64,000 bases of DNA, from NCBI RefSeq assembly GCF_009914755.1, contig NC_060927.1; one strand, written 5' to 3'. Positions 1 through 13,166 of this stretch are shown piece by piece (the first letter of the stretch is position 1; the number at the start of each line of letters is the position of its first letter). The DNA is from the human T2T-CHM13v2.0 reference genome, Homo sapiens. A model generated the notes under the pieces. It searched no databases. It was not told the origin of the DNA and was given only the letters and a program-made list of their open reading frames with translations. A program made the translations under genes and the position numbers.

Positions 1-1344
1 AGATGCAGAGGAGAGAAGCGCAGGGAAAAGTTCTGCAGGGGTAGAATAGAAAAAGTTTAACCCAAATGCCTATTCCATATAAAATTCCAGTTCTGTAAAA
101 TTGTCAAGTGACAGAGCAAGCTAATTTTCCTATTTTTTCCCTCTCTGATGACGTATTGCTATTGCTGCAACTTATAGGAAACTCTGGCTTGGCTTCTATT
201 CCATTTTTACCACTTGCCTAACCCATTTTATTTTGATATTAGAGGTTCAAGCTTTAATGGTTTCATTTAAAAATAAACCCAGAAGGTAGAATTGTGAGAA
301 AGAACGCTTTAAAATGTATTTGGGTTTAGGCTGAGTGAGAACCATAGGCATATGAAGGGCATTGAGATTATTTTGTAGTTGAGACAGGGCTGAAATAAAG
401 AAGGTATTTGTGCCATTTGGGGCTCATTTTCAGAGTCATGGCACATAGGAATTAAGAGATGATTGGCAGCTCCATCACAAATGTTGGAGAAATTTTTGAA
501 ATATGTAACACTTATGGTCTGAACTTAGTGCGTGTTGCTCGGTCATGAACTATCAAGTTTTCATTAGAAAATTAGGAGATATTCAGGAATACATTAAAGG
601 ACACAGAAGCCAAAGGCTAAGTCTTGGCCTTTGGATGGAAGATATCAGGCAGAAATGAAATTAAAGGAGGGCAATTATTTCTAGAAAGGACAGGAAAAAG
701 AAGCCACATGTGCTCAAACTAGTCATAGTTTCTGTGTCATTGAGATATTAGTTACGAAGGGCTTGTTTTCAAGGCCCTACTCTCAGTTGGCTGAGGAATA
801 TAGGTATAATAAAAAACATCTTCCCAGAGTTTTGGCAATGAAGCAGAATATTAGCAATTTTTAATGAAAAAGGGCAGAAAGCCAAGAGTCAAATTATTTT
901 ATTTTTATTGTTTCATTCTTCTCACATGGTTCACTGCAGAATCTTTGGACTCCTAATTTACTTTCTTTAATGCCATTCTGCCAAGTTTCTGGATAACTGA
1001 ATATAATCCTCTAGCTTCTTTACTTCAAATAAACACCCATAGACATGTGGACACCTCAGTCATCTGAACACAGTCAAATGTATTTGCATGGTACATTTTT
1101 GTAATGATAGTCAATATGGCATGGCAATTCCTAGAAATGAGTTTAGTAATTTGAGGAGTGACCACTTGACATCACTAATAGCTTAAAGAAGAGACAGAAG
1201 GGATAAAATAAACACATAAAAAAGAAATTGAGTCATAAATAGTAGAAAAGATGGAGGGGGAAAAACAAGTAGTGAAACAAGACATTAAGGGGAAAAAAAG
1301 ATATAGAACAGGACGTCTTAAGCCCTTGAAGAGGTTAGGATCCT

Positions 1345-3877
1345 TGTATTAGTCCATTCTCACACAGCTGTAAAGAAATACCTGAGACTGGGTAATTTAT
1401 AAGGAAAAGAAGTTTAATTGGTTCATGGTTCCACAGGCTGTACAGGAGGTATAGCAGCTTCTGTTTCTGGATAGGCCTCAGGAAGCTTACAATCATGACT
1501 TAAGGCAAAGGGAGAGTGAGGCACTTCACCCAACCAGAGCAGAAGGAAGCAAGAGAGGTGGGGCAGGTGCCACACATTTTTAAACAACCAGATCTCAGGA
1601 GAACTCTCTCACTATGGCAACACGTACCAAGGCAGAAATCTGCTCCCATGAGCCAATTATCTCCCACCAGGCTCTACCTCTGACATTGGGGATTACAGCT
1701 CCACATTTGTAATTTCCTAGAGACTTGTTGATAGTTGTGACCCAAATGCTGATAGTGATATGGACAATGAAGTACAGGCTGAGGAGGTCTCATATGGAAA
1801 TGAGGAACTTATTGGGAACTGGAGTAGAGATCACTTTTGCTATGCTTTAGCAAAGAGCCTGGCTGCATTGTGCCCCTACTCTAGGGATCTGTGAAACTTT
1901 GCCCTTGAGAGTGATGATTTAGGGTATGTGGCAGAAGAAATTCTAAGCAGCAGAGTGTTCAAGATATGACATGGCTAATAGCCTATGCTCATATGTGTGA
2001 GCTAAGAAATGATCTAAAGTTGGAACTTAGGGTGAGATTTGGGTGGGGACACAGATCTGAATTATATCATTCTGCCCCAGGCCCCTCCCAAATCTCATGT
2101 CCTTCTCACAGTGCAAAATCCAATCATGCCTTCCCAACAGTCTCCCAAAATCTTAACTCTTTCCAGTGTTAAGTCAAAAGTCCACAGCTCAGAGTCTCAT
2201 CTGAGACAAGGCTAGGCACTTCCGCCTATGAGCATGTAAAATCAAAAACAAGTTAGTTACTCCTAAGATAAAATGTGGTTGTAGGCATTGGGTGAATACT
2301 CCCACTCCAAAAGGGAGCCAGAAGAAGGGGACTACAGGCCCCATGCAAGTCTGAAACCCAGCAGGGCAGTCATTAAACTTTAAAGCTCCAAAATAATGTT
2401 CCTTGACTCCATATCCCAAATCCAGCACACACTGGTATAAGGGGTGGGCTCCCAAGGCCTTGGACAGCTCCACCCCTGTGGCTTTACAGGGATCAGCCCC
2501 TGCAGTTGCTCTCATGGGCTGTTGTTGAGTGCGTGCAGCTTTTCTAAGCTCAGGGTGCAAGCTGCTGGTGGATTTACCATTCTGGGTCTGGGGTCTTACA
2601 GTTCCAGTAGTGGGGACTCTGTGTGGGGGCTCCAACTCCCACATTTTCCCTCTGTATTGACCTAGCAGAGGTTCTCTGTGAGGACTCTGCCACTGCAGCA
2701 GGTTTCTGCCTGGACATCCAGACTTTTCCATACATCCTCTGAAATATAGGTGGAGGCTCCAAAGCCTCAACTCTTGCATTCTGAGCACCTGCAGGCTTAA
2801 CACCACGTGGAAGCCACCAAGGCTTATGGCTTGCACCCTCTGAAGCAGCAGCTTGAGCTATACCTGGGCCCCTTTTAGCCATGGCTGGAGCTGGAGTGGC
2901 TAGGATTCAGGGAGCAGTATCCTGAGGCTTTCTAGGCCAACAGGGCCCTGGGCCTGGCCTATGAAACCATTCTTCCTTCCCAGGCCTCTGAGCATGTTAT
3001 AGGAGGGGCTGCTGTGAAGGTCTCCGAAATGTCTTTGTGGCCTTTTTCCCATAGTCTTAGCTATTAGTTCTTGGTTCCATTTTACTTATGCAAATTTCTG
3101 CAACTTGCTGGAAATTCCTCCCCTGAAAATGGGCTTTTCTTTTCTACCACATGGCTAGGCTCCAAATTTTCTGAACTTTTATGCTCTGCTTCCCTTTTAA
3201 TGTAAGTTTCAACTTTAGGTCACTTATTAGCTCACACATATAAGCATCGGTTGTTAGCCAGGTCACATCTCGAACACTTTGCTGCTTAGAAATTTCTTCT
3301 GCCACATACCCTAAATCATCACTCTCAAGTGCAAAGTTCCACAGATCCCTAGGGCAAGGGGAAAATGCAACCAGGCTATTTGCTAAAGCACATCAAAAGT
3401 GATCTTTACTCCAGTTCCCAATAAGTTTCTCATTTCCATCTGAGACCTCCTTAGCCTGGACTTCATTATCCATATCACTATCAGCATATGGATATGCTGC
3501 TATAAAGAAATACTTAAGACTGGGTGATTTATAAAGAGAAGAGGTTTAATTGGCTCAGAGTTCCACAGGCTGTACGGGAAGCATAGCAGCTTCTGCTTCT
3601 GAGGAGGCCTCAGGAAGCTTACAATCATGGTGGAAGGCAAAGGGGGAGTGAGCCTATTAATATGGCTGGAGAAGGAGGAAGACAGCAAGGTCGGGGGGAG
3701 GTGCTACACACTTTCAAACAACCAGATCTCACGAGAACACACTCACTATCACAACACAGTACCAAGGGGGAAATCCCCTCCCATGATCCAGTCACTTCCC
3801 ACAAGGCCCCACCTGCAACACTGAGAACTGTAATTTGACATGAGATTTGGGTGCAGACCCAGTTCCAAACCATATTG
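1345..3877 (-). mobile_element. MSTA (ERVL-MaLR) provirus: LTR-internal-LTR, rearranged
   Basis: Begins tgtattagtccattctc (reverse complement of the MaLR LTR 3' end) and ends ccaaaccatattg. Flanked by 5-bp TSD ATCCT (1340-1344 and 3878-3882). Two similar LTRs (1345-2069, interrupted; ~3490-3877) surround MST internal sequence (2070-~3489). ORFs 2189..2836 and 2574..2882 read as MaLR-internal-derived. Confidence 0.9.
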
Positions 3878-3919
3878 ATCCTCTGGTTTACTCTCATTTT
3901 AATTTGAAATGGAAACCTT

Positions 3920-4050
3920 TTCATTTCACAGATGAGAAAGCAAGAGCCAGGAGGAAATGAGTGACTTTTCTAATATCACAGTCATTTAGAGACTGTGATA
4001 AAGGCAAGGTTGGAGCCCAGGTTTCCTTACTGCTAGTCCAGTGATAGTTC
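3920..4050 (-). mobile_element. MIR SINE fragment
   Basis: catttcacagatgagaaagc...gtgactt...tcacagt resembles the reverse-complemented MIR core. Confidence 0.5.
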
Positions 4051-5261
4051 TGTTACATCATTTCTTATACCTATAAAGGCTGACTGAACCCAAAGTTCCT
4101 TTGAAATGTAAATACTATTCCATTTGTACTTTAACGTCTAACAGAATTGTATTTTTACATTTATATTGTTTATTAGCAGCACGCAAAGTGTTTTATCTAA
4201 TTTAACCCTTGTATGAATCTGCAATAAGTAAATATCAGCTAAAAAATGGCCTGCCTGGGACTTATCTACTTTTTATATATGATATATTTTTTCTACAAAT
4301 ACCCGTTTCTTATTTGTGAATACTAGGTGAATTAAAAATAAAATAAATAGACCATGCTGTTTCTACTCTTCTCCACCATACTGTCAACTAGGAACTCGTT
4401 GTGCTTTAAGAAAATAGAACAGAAGTGGGAGGAATGGGCAGCCTGACAATTAAAGCAAGCAAGAAAGAAAAAATGGTGTGGACAGCTTTTGCAAGTTTGT
4501 GCCGTAGATGATAGTGGTTAAATTTGCTTGTTATTCTAGACATCTGTAATAGAGGAGGTATTACCTCCAGTTGTTTCTGCAGTGGTGACCCTTGTTAGTT
4601 TGAGAAAGTTCTTTTTGAGGCTGATGAATTCAGTTCCCAGAAAAAGACACAGGACTCATGTTGGGGAATAGGAGCACCTCCTCCCTACCATGAACTGCAC
4701 TCTCAGAGGCCCAGCCATCCCTGGCAGGATGGTTTCAATCACTCCTGCCATCCAGTCATCGCTGACACTTCTTGGCAGGCAGCCTGCCTCTAATGGAATG
4801 TGTCCTGCAGCTGGGAATTAGGTCATCAGTAATTTACTTAATAGCATTTTATGAGCTGGGCTCTGACAAAAGAGAGTGATCTGGCCTTAACAGCAGGAGC
4901 TTTCCTTGATGTGAGGGGAAGGAGGGAAGAGAGTATAGCATTGTGAATAATCAGACACTACATTTCCTGAAAGTAATGGGTGAGGGTAAGAAAATCTGGG
5001 TGTTTCTTCAGACTTCCTATGTGATCAGGTAAGATACATACCTTGGGCAAGGTACTTCTTGTTTCTGGACTTTAGTTCCTCTAAAGTCTTATACAACTCT
5101 AATATCATATACTTCTGACTCTAAAGAACTCTTTATGAAAATTGGAAGATACAGAATTTGACAGGTCATCACCCCCTCTTCCCTGATGGTGCTCTATGGA
5201 AGGAGAGATAGGTAATCCCACTCTTCTGCCATTAGTGTGCTTTGAAATGAAAAGCACTGTG

Positions 5262-5405
5262 TTGTAGAGTTTGCTAATTTTCCTGGTGTAAGTATTCTCA
5301 ACATGGCTGATTTCAAGCTGCCAATGCTTTAACAATTAGCAAAACTTTTGAAAACTGAACAATTAGCTTCTATGGGCTGGTATGAGTTGCTCCAGTACAT
5401 CACTA
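5262..5405 (-). mobile_element. hAT DNA transposon remnant (MER63-like)
   Basis: atggctgatttcaagctgccaa...ctggtatgagttgctccagtacatcactag resembles a MER63 end (recalled consensus). Confidence 0.45.
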
Positions 5406-5927
5406 GTTCTCTCCCATCTAGATAAAGCTGCATCAATGAATAGTCTCCCGTATGTAGACACATAACTGGATTGTTCACACACTAAGATATGTGCCATATA
5501 TATCTTTGTTTTGGTTTTGGATGAAAAGATATTCACAACTTCTCTTTGATTCTATTCCAGTTGCTATTCTTAATTTATGTGAAGCCCTCTCAGAAAACAT
5601 GTGAATTCTTATTAGGAAACTGTCCAGTTTATATAGCTCTTCATCTGAATTCCCATTTCTTCCACCACTGCTCTGATGCTCCCAGGGATGTTCAGGGAGC
5701 CATTTGACCCTTCATATTTTCTTCTGACCCCTAGGACCCCATGTTCTTTCTGTTGGAAAACCCAATATACATCTCATGAATGTTCAGAAGGTTTGCTGTT
5801 GCTATACAGGGTTTAAAATTTGAAAAAGAATCACTGGAATCCTTCCTCCTTTTCACTGGGTGTGAAAGAAACCCTTTTGGGTTCTGAAATTTTAATGTGC
5901 AAAATCTTCCAATTTCAAGAAAATTAG

Positions 5928-6246
5928 GGCTGGGTGCAGTGGCTCAGCCTGTAATCCCAACACTTTGGGAGGCCAAGGCGGGTGGATCACCTAAGATTAG
6001 GAGTTCCAGACCATCATGGCCAACAGGGTGAAACACCCATGTCTACTAAAAAAACTAAAAAAAAAAAAATTAGCCAGGAGTGGTGGTGGGTACCTGTAAT
6101 CTCAGCTACTCGTGAGGCCGAGGCAGGAGAATCACTTCAACCGAGGAGGCGGAGGTTACAGTCAGCTGATATCATGCTACTGCACTCCAGCCTGGGTGAC
6201 AGAGCAGGACTCCATCTAAAAAAATAATAAATACAATTTTTAAAAA
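5928..6246 (+). mobile_element. AluS (AluSx-like)
   Basis: Full dimeric Alu with A-rich linker and tail; approximate TSD aagaaaattagg / aagaaaattggg. Confidence 0.95.
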
Positions 6247-6846
6247 AGAAAATTGGGATGAATAGAGGTAAAATCACTACCCAGAATGGTGGTGGATACA
6301 ATTATGAGTCAGTTCTATTTTATCCCTTCAATTGAATACTATGTATAGAAAATATTCAATTAGCAACTATCTACTGAGCATTTACTTCATGAACTTAGCC
6401 CTGCAAACTATTGTGAAATATAAGAGAAAGCATATGCTGTAATACTAGGCTTCAAATTTATCATTTTGTTGGGAAGATAAGATTAACATATACAAATTAA
6501 TGAAAATCAGTTAAAAACATGTTATAATCAAGTGCTTAATGATGTGGCACAAATTCTAAATGAAGCAGGAGTTTAAAGAAAAGTAAAATTTCTTGAAGCA
6601 AATGTTGCCCAAGGAAACTTAATGACAGAAATGAAGCGTAAGCTGCCCATGATGTGAGGATTGTGTTTACATAGTCAGATGAAGGTACACGACTAGCCAG
6701 GCTGGGGGGATTGCATGTCAAACACTGGTGGCAAGAAATAGGGAGGAGGTAGAAACAGTAAGTAGTGGAAGGTGAAGAAAAAATACAACCTCTGGCCTAA
6801 AACTGGGTTTTAGTACATTTGTGTGAGAGATAATGTGGAGGAGAGG

Positions 6847-7345
6847 TGAGAGGCCATATACAAATAAACAATGGCCAGATCACATATGACAATAGAACCC
6901 TGATCTACAACCTCTGCAGCAACCAGTGTGCAGGAAGCCAAACCACAACCTCTGCAGCAAACAACCCAGAACAGGCAGGAAGCAGTGAATGACCACCAGC
7001 TTCCCTAATTTTTGCCTCCCTTGCCCTCCCCACAACCAACTCCCACCACTTCCAACTCAGGACCAAGAAGAGAAAGCCAAATATGCTCCCCAAACCAATC
7101 ACATAGAACATCCCACTTCTAGTTAGGCTGCATCCAGCTTCCCATGCCAATAGCCTCAAATCAGAGCATACTTGTAACCTTCCCTTTTTCTCATTATAAA
7201 GTTTTCTTACTCCTCTGCCTGCCATTGAGTCTCTGCCAAACACCAGTGATGGTGGCTGAATCTCTTGTTATGTAGCAAGCTCTGAATGAAGGGCCTCTGC
7301 TTGTTCTCATTTGGGTGGTCTGGGTGGTCTTCATTTATTTCCACA
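6847..7345 (+). mobile_element. Solo ERV1-class LTR (MER110/MER90-like)
   Basis: TG...CA ends, repeated acaacctctgcagcaa, CCAAT box (ccaatcacata), tataaa, and terminal ttcatttatttccaca typical of this LTR group; subfamily from memory. Confidence 0.65.
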
Positions 7346-7398
7346 GTGGGAAAGGCACATACCCATGACAGTCTGTTTCTCTTTTGCTATTACACAAC

Positions 7399-7401
<3 letters not shown>

Positions 7402-7448
<47 letters not shown>
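7402..7448. repeat. (CA)n microsatellite, ~23 units
   Basis: Pure acacac... run seen directly; source of the THTHTH ORFs. Confidence 0.98.
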
Positions 7449-7452
<4 letters not shown>

Positions 7453-7658
7453 TCTCTTTCTCTCTACCACTGTTCCTCCTTCCTTCCCACTATCTACTTT
7501 TCTATAGGCTTTCTTACCAATCTCCCAAGAATGCTCTTAAAAAAGACAGGTGTTGAGGAAGCTATTACTTCCATTTCAAAGATGAATAGAATACAGTATT
7601 TAAGGTAGTCTATGCTGAGGACATTTATATATTTTATTTGAATCTAAAGTGGCAGCTA

Positions 7659-7968
7659 AGCCAGGTGCGGTGGCTCACACCTGTAACTCCAGCATTTTGG
7701 GAGGCTGAGGCGGGTGGATCAGTTGAGCTCGGGAGTTCGACACTAGCCTGGGCAATGTGGTGAAACCCTGTCGCTACTAAAAATACAAAAATTAGCCAGG
7801 TATGATGGCACATGCTTACAATCCCAGCTACTTGGGAGGCTGAGGCAGAAGGATGGCTTGAACCCAGGAAGGGGAGGATGCATTGAGCCGAGATCATGCC
7901 ACTGCACTCCAGCCTGGGCAACAGAGTGAGACTCTGTCTTGAAAAAATAAAAAATAAAAAAATAAAAT
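7659..7968 (+). mobile_element. Alu (AluJb/AluSz-like)
   Basis: Dimeric Alu with A-rich tail; TSD taaagtggcagct / taaaatggcagct. Confidence 0.95.
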
Positions 7969-9062
7969 AAAATGGCAGCTGAATGACTCAATTCTAACCT
8001 GACTTTGACTCTGGTTATCCTTTTTCTCTGCAAAAAGTCTTTTATTGTTGTTTTAAAAATAATGGTCCCATATTTTAAAAGGTTTGATCTAACATTAGTT
8101 AAATAACAATTAATGTTTTTCTAGTATATTTTAAGACATCTAAAATGGTTGTTCGGATTCTCTGATCGATGTAAGATAACCAGCATTGTTGCCATGCTAG
8201 ACAATATATTTCCTGTCGAATCAAAGAACACAAGTATTTCAAATAGTGAGTGCTACACAATCTCCTATAGATAGATATATGGATTTTATTAGTGCATTTT
8301 GAGATTTTGAAAATAGCTCATCAGCCCTCATCTCCATTCGACTTTTGAGAATTTATTATGGTGATCAGAATCCCAAATTGGAAACAACCCCTTAAATGAT
8401 ATTACCATTACAATAATTTTGTTATGATTTTACCAGTTCCTGAAAGGCCAGCCCTTTACTCCATGCTCCAAAACCCTAAAATAAAATAGTTTTTAGGTTT
8501 TACAGGTAGATTGTTTTTGAATATTTAAAGAAGTTGGTTCCCTACCTAATTTATATCAATAGACTGGAAGTTGACCAGCAGTTAGCCATGACTTTTTTTC
8601 TGATATAACATCCTCTTCTTTGTGAACATCTGATATGATTAAAAGGCTAGAGGCAGAATTTAGCTTGACTATACTGAAGTTCTCCATGTTTTGCTTTCCA
8701 TTTAAACCCTGGGGTCTTATTCTCGGGTTTGTAGACTTAGAAACTTGGTTTTCCAGCTCATCCTGGAGCAATTATGCGTTGGCAATGTAATCACATCCCT
8801 GTTATATGTTCTTATCTTACCTTGAATGTTTCCTTCATTGCTCTTACTCCCAGAGCCCTGATGATACTAGCAATGAGTCTCCAAAGTACTTGTGTGAAGA
8901 GGGAATATAACTTTAGAAAATGACTCTTGTTGATGATAATCCTCTTTCATATCATGTATGATCTTGTCAAATGAGATCATAGGTCTTCCTCACCAAGGGT
9001 TTTGTCTCATTAAACTTTGCTCAATCATCTATTGTCATAAGTCTAGGGGGTGTATTTTGGGG

Positions 9063-9475
9063 TATATATTAGTTAAGATGACCTTGTCTGTTGTAACTAG
9101 CACATCTAAATTGTGTAGTCGCTTCATGCAATGAAAGCATACTTCTTGTTCACCCAAAAGTTCAAGATTGTTACCCCTTGTCAGCAAATGGCTTTCTCCA
9201 TGTGGTGATTCAGAGACCCAGGCTTCTTCTATACTGTGGCTCTGCCATCCTTTAGGGATTTGCCATCTTCCATGGCTGAATACAAGTGGGAAAAAGAGGA
9301 TAGAAGTAGTTCATTTTCTTCTTAAAATACCTTGGTTCTGGAAGTGGCACATATCCCTTCCATTCATACTGTTTGTGAGAACAAATGCAAGGAAGGCTAA
9401 GAAATGTAGTCTGTCTATGGACCAAGATCAAAAAGAAAATGACAATTTGGTGAACATTTAGCAATCTCTGTCTTA
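9063..9475 (-). mobile_element. Old MaLR LTR (MLT1K/L-like)
   Basis: gattcagagacccaggcttcttctatactgtggctctgccatc, ggaagtggcacatatc, gcaaggaaggctaagaaatgtagtc are MLT1K/L hallmarks. Confidence 0.65.
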
Positions 9476-10269
9476 GGTATTTGTAGCCTCTGCCTACCTC
9501 TTGCCATCCACTAAAGATATTGGAATATGAATTGAGATGCAAAGAAACTGTTTAAAACATGATCTCCCTTCCTTTCCCTTGCGTCACTAACTTATTCAGC
9601 AGGAAACTGCCATTATTTTTTTTTCTGGGAGAATTGCAGTTGATCAATTATCTCTTGTTTTCTCTACTTAGCTATGTTAAAAAAGAGGATGGGTATCTCT
9701 ACTGTAAAATGACATCAGCCATTCTCTCCTGGGTGACCTCTCAGTGGCTCCTCTCTGCTACTGTGACAGCTGCTCTTGGCAGAAATTCCTTTTGGATCAA
9801 CTCTGCTTGCCTGAAAGCCCATTGGCAGTGGAATAGCTCAGAGTTATGCTTTCAGCTCTACCTCTTGAGAACCAACTCATGCACTCTGGGCCTTTAGATT
9901 CTCCCAGGACCGGCTATAGCTTAGATGGTGCAGGCAGGGCATCTGTCTGATTTTTCTTGGAACCATAGAATTGCAGGCCTACATCCCCGTCTCCCCTTGA
10001 ACTCTCTGGGCCTAGTCATGCCTCAGCTAGCAGCCTGGGCAGAAAGGGATTTGATAACCAGATTCTCTCTAAGCTCTAAATGATTGTCAAGAGCCTAATA
10101 TGATTTTGCTAGTAGACAGATATTTACTATTTTAAAACAGACACTCTCTAATCATGGGATACAGGTAATGGGATGCAGGCAATGCTACAGGTATTTCTCT
10201 TTATTCCTCAGATTGGTAGCTTAAGATATCACCCATGTTTTCTAAATGTGAGGAAGACCTTTCATGGAA

Positions 10270-10375
10270 TCATTCATTTAATAAATTATTTATCCATTCT
10301 ATGCATATTTTTAACAGCTACTATATTTCAAGCACTGGGGATATAATAGTAAACAAGACACATACAGTCCTACTT
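10270..10375 (-). mobile_element. L2 3' end fragment
   Basis: cattcatttaataaat...agcactggggatataatagtaaacaagaca. Confidence 0.55.
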
Positions 10376-11469
10376 GTTAGGTAAGGTGTTGTTTATAGGG
10401 CCCTTTGGGTCCCAACAAAATAAGAAGTTTCAGGGATGTGTGGATTATCTGGGGGCTTTGGAACAGCTCTATCTGTAAGCCACACAGGTTGTCTCTATCC
10501 TACCTTCTTTAATTCCCTCTATAGTCCATTGCACAGACTTTATGGTAACCCAGAGAATTATTCAATAAGTCAATATATTTAAAGCATTTAGCAAGCTCCC
10601 CCCAATAGTAGGTAAGACAAATAATAACTATTAATAATAGTACCATTATGCTTTTTAAGAAATCTTAGGGAAAAATTGGCCCAGCTGACAATTTTGAATT
10701 ATTTTTGTTGTTGGAAAAACATGTTGGCTATCAATAACTCTCAGGTGAATCTGTTGATCTCTTCAAATCACTTTTCTAATTCTGTACTTTGGACAGTAGT
10801 CATCAGTTGCTTCTGGGAAGAGGCATGAGGTCAGCAGACTTGAATTGGTCAAATGTCAGACTGCAGCTCAGTCATGGCTGGGTTATTTAATGAATTATAT
10901 GGGAAGGAATAGTGAATATCTGTGGCAGGAGCACTGACAATATAGCTTAGGGATGCTCCAAGACTCTGGAAAACACAGCTAAGCACTGCTCGTTGGCATT
11001 CCCTATAATGATGCTGCATGACATGAAAAAGGACAAAGATTCAGAGACTGGGAGGTGGTAAGTTTGGAGAATAAAACTGGTTGTTTGGCTACTATTATTA
11101 CATGCTCCATCTTCCCCTATGTTGTACCTGCCACTGTACCCAAGGAGGGGGAGGCTTCTAAATAAAAGATTCATGAGGATTACAACCTCAGTGTGAAGAT
11201 GCTATGCAATTATCACCAGGGATCAGAATCATTGATCAGTCTAAGTATTCAGTAAGGCCTCTTCAGTATCCAGAGCTGCATGAGATGCTGTGAAGGAGGC
11301 AAGAGAAATTTATAACACCATCACTACCGTTAAAGAATTTATATCCTCCATGTGAAGACCTGGCAAACACAAAAACATTTACAGAACAATTCAACTCTAA
11401 ACTGTTTGGCACTGACTAGAATGACAATTTTAAGCTCTGTCCTGGCTTCTTAACTGCTTGCAGGGAGGC

Positions 11470-11690
11470 ACTCTGGGATGGTATAGGAGCATAGGTTTTA
11501 GTCCAGGAGACCTAGATTCCAAGTCTCACTCTGCTGTTTGATGAACTGTATGATCTTGAGCAATTTACTTAGCCTCAAAGCTTCAGAGCCTTTATCTGTA
11601 AAATGAAGAAAATGTTTTCTCCTATGGTTAAAGTGACAATTTAGTGAGTAAAATACATCAACTACCTGACTCTTAATAAACGTTAAAAAA
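11470..11690 (+). mobile_element. MIR SINE
   Basis: ctgtatgatcttgagcaatttacttagcctc...tctgtaaaatga MIR core. Confidence 0.7.
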
Positions 11691-11995
11691 AAAATAGGTA
11701 TCTGCCCCACATCCACATGCTTGTCCCATGAGAACATCAGAGAATCTCAGAGCCCAAGTGTTTACAAGTAGGCATATGATCTTTCATGCATAATTTATAA
11801 TTATCTGAGTTAAACAGTGGATGTTCAAGATAGATCTTTCCCAGATCACCCATGATTAAGAAAAAGAAGAAGAAAAGGTAATTTTTGTCACTGTTTCAAC
11901 TTAAAATTCCCAAAGAATGTTTTTTAAATCCAAGTTTTTGACCAAAACTCTCCTTTTTGCTGCAGTTCCCTGCATTCTTTGAAAACTTGATAGCC

Positions 11996-12505
11996 TGTAG
12001 TAGATCATATTTGAGTGCCTGCTGAGTTCTGGAACCTCTCCCTCATTCTGAGAATGCCTGGCCAGCAGCCATATTGCACCGCAATATCACCTCCTTCCTC
12101 CTCTTGGCTGATTGGACAATGGTGATACCTGACTCAACCTGGATCAATCACAGTTCCTTCTCACACATTTGGAATTGGAATAGAAAGATTGTGAGACAGC
12201 CATAATATGCAGCTGAAACTTAGATGTAAATCCAAGAGCTGATATGTGGATGAAAAAGCTGTTCTGCAGTGAGAAAGAACACAACAGATGATCTGAAAAA
12301 AAGTAGAAATAGAAGAGAATGAAAGTGTCTTCATGTCCTTTTAGGTCCTGATCTCAGATTTTCCAGGGATCTGGCTTCCTCTCTTAAGTTTTCTGAGAAA
12401 TACTTTTCCACCTCTACAAATCTATACCCTTCCCCCTTTTTAAAATGCTTCCACTAATTTGATTTGGTGTGTCACACTGGCAATCAAAGAGTCCCAAATA
12501 ATACA
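11996..12505 (+). mobile_element. Old MaLR LTR (MLT1 family)
   Basis: TG start, gctgattgg...tgactcaacctggatcaatca, and 3' end caatcaaagagtcccaaataataca. Confidence 0.6.
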
Positions 12506-13135
12506 ATAACTTGATTCCAGACTCAATATTCTTTTTTAAAAACCTTTTAAGTTCAGGGGTACATGTGCAGGTTTGTTATATAGACAAGCATGTGTCATGT
12601 GGTTTGTTGTATACATTATTTTTATCACCCAGGTACGCAGCCTAGTACCCCTTATTTACTTTTCCTGATCCTCTCCCTCCTGTCACCCTCCACCCTCTGG
12701 TAGACAGCAATATCTGTTGTTCCCCTCTGTGTGTCCATGTATTCTCATCATTTAACTCCCAATTATAAGTGAGAGTGTGTGATATTTGGTTTTCTTTTCC
12801 TGCATTATTATGCTAAGAATAATGGCCTCCAGTTCCATCCATGTTCCTGGAAATGATATGATCTCATTCTTTTTTATGGCTGCATAGTATTCCATGGTGT
12901 ATATATACCATATTTTCTTTATACAGTCTATCATTGATGAGCATTTAGGCTGATTCTATGTCTTTGCTATTGTGAATAGTGCTACAGTGAACATATGTGT
13001 GCATGTGTCTTTATGATAGAACAATTTATATGCCTTTGGGTATATACCAAATAATGGGACTTCTAGGTTGAATGGTAGCTCTGTTTTTAGCTCTTTGAGG
13101 AATTGCCACACTGCTTTCCACAATGGTTGAACTAA

Positions 13136-13137
<2 letters not shown>

Positions 13138-13166
<29 letters not shown>

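Noticed and set aside
2189-2836. 215-aa ORF on the minus strand
   Set aside because: Lies wholly within MSTA internal sequence; a decayed MaLR-internal reading frame, not a host gene.
7286-7608. Overlapping ORFs with THTHTH runs
   Set aside because: Translation of the (CA)n microsatellite.
8556-8771. 71-aa minus-strand ORF with protein-like composition (LQDELENQVSKSTNPR...)
   Set aside because: Non-ATG start, weak splice acceptor, no recognisable domain and no partner exons; cannot be supported without homology data.
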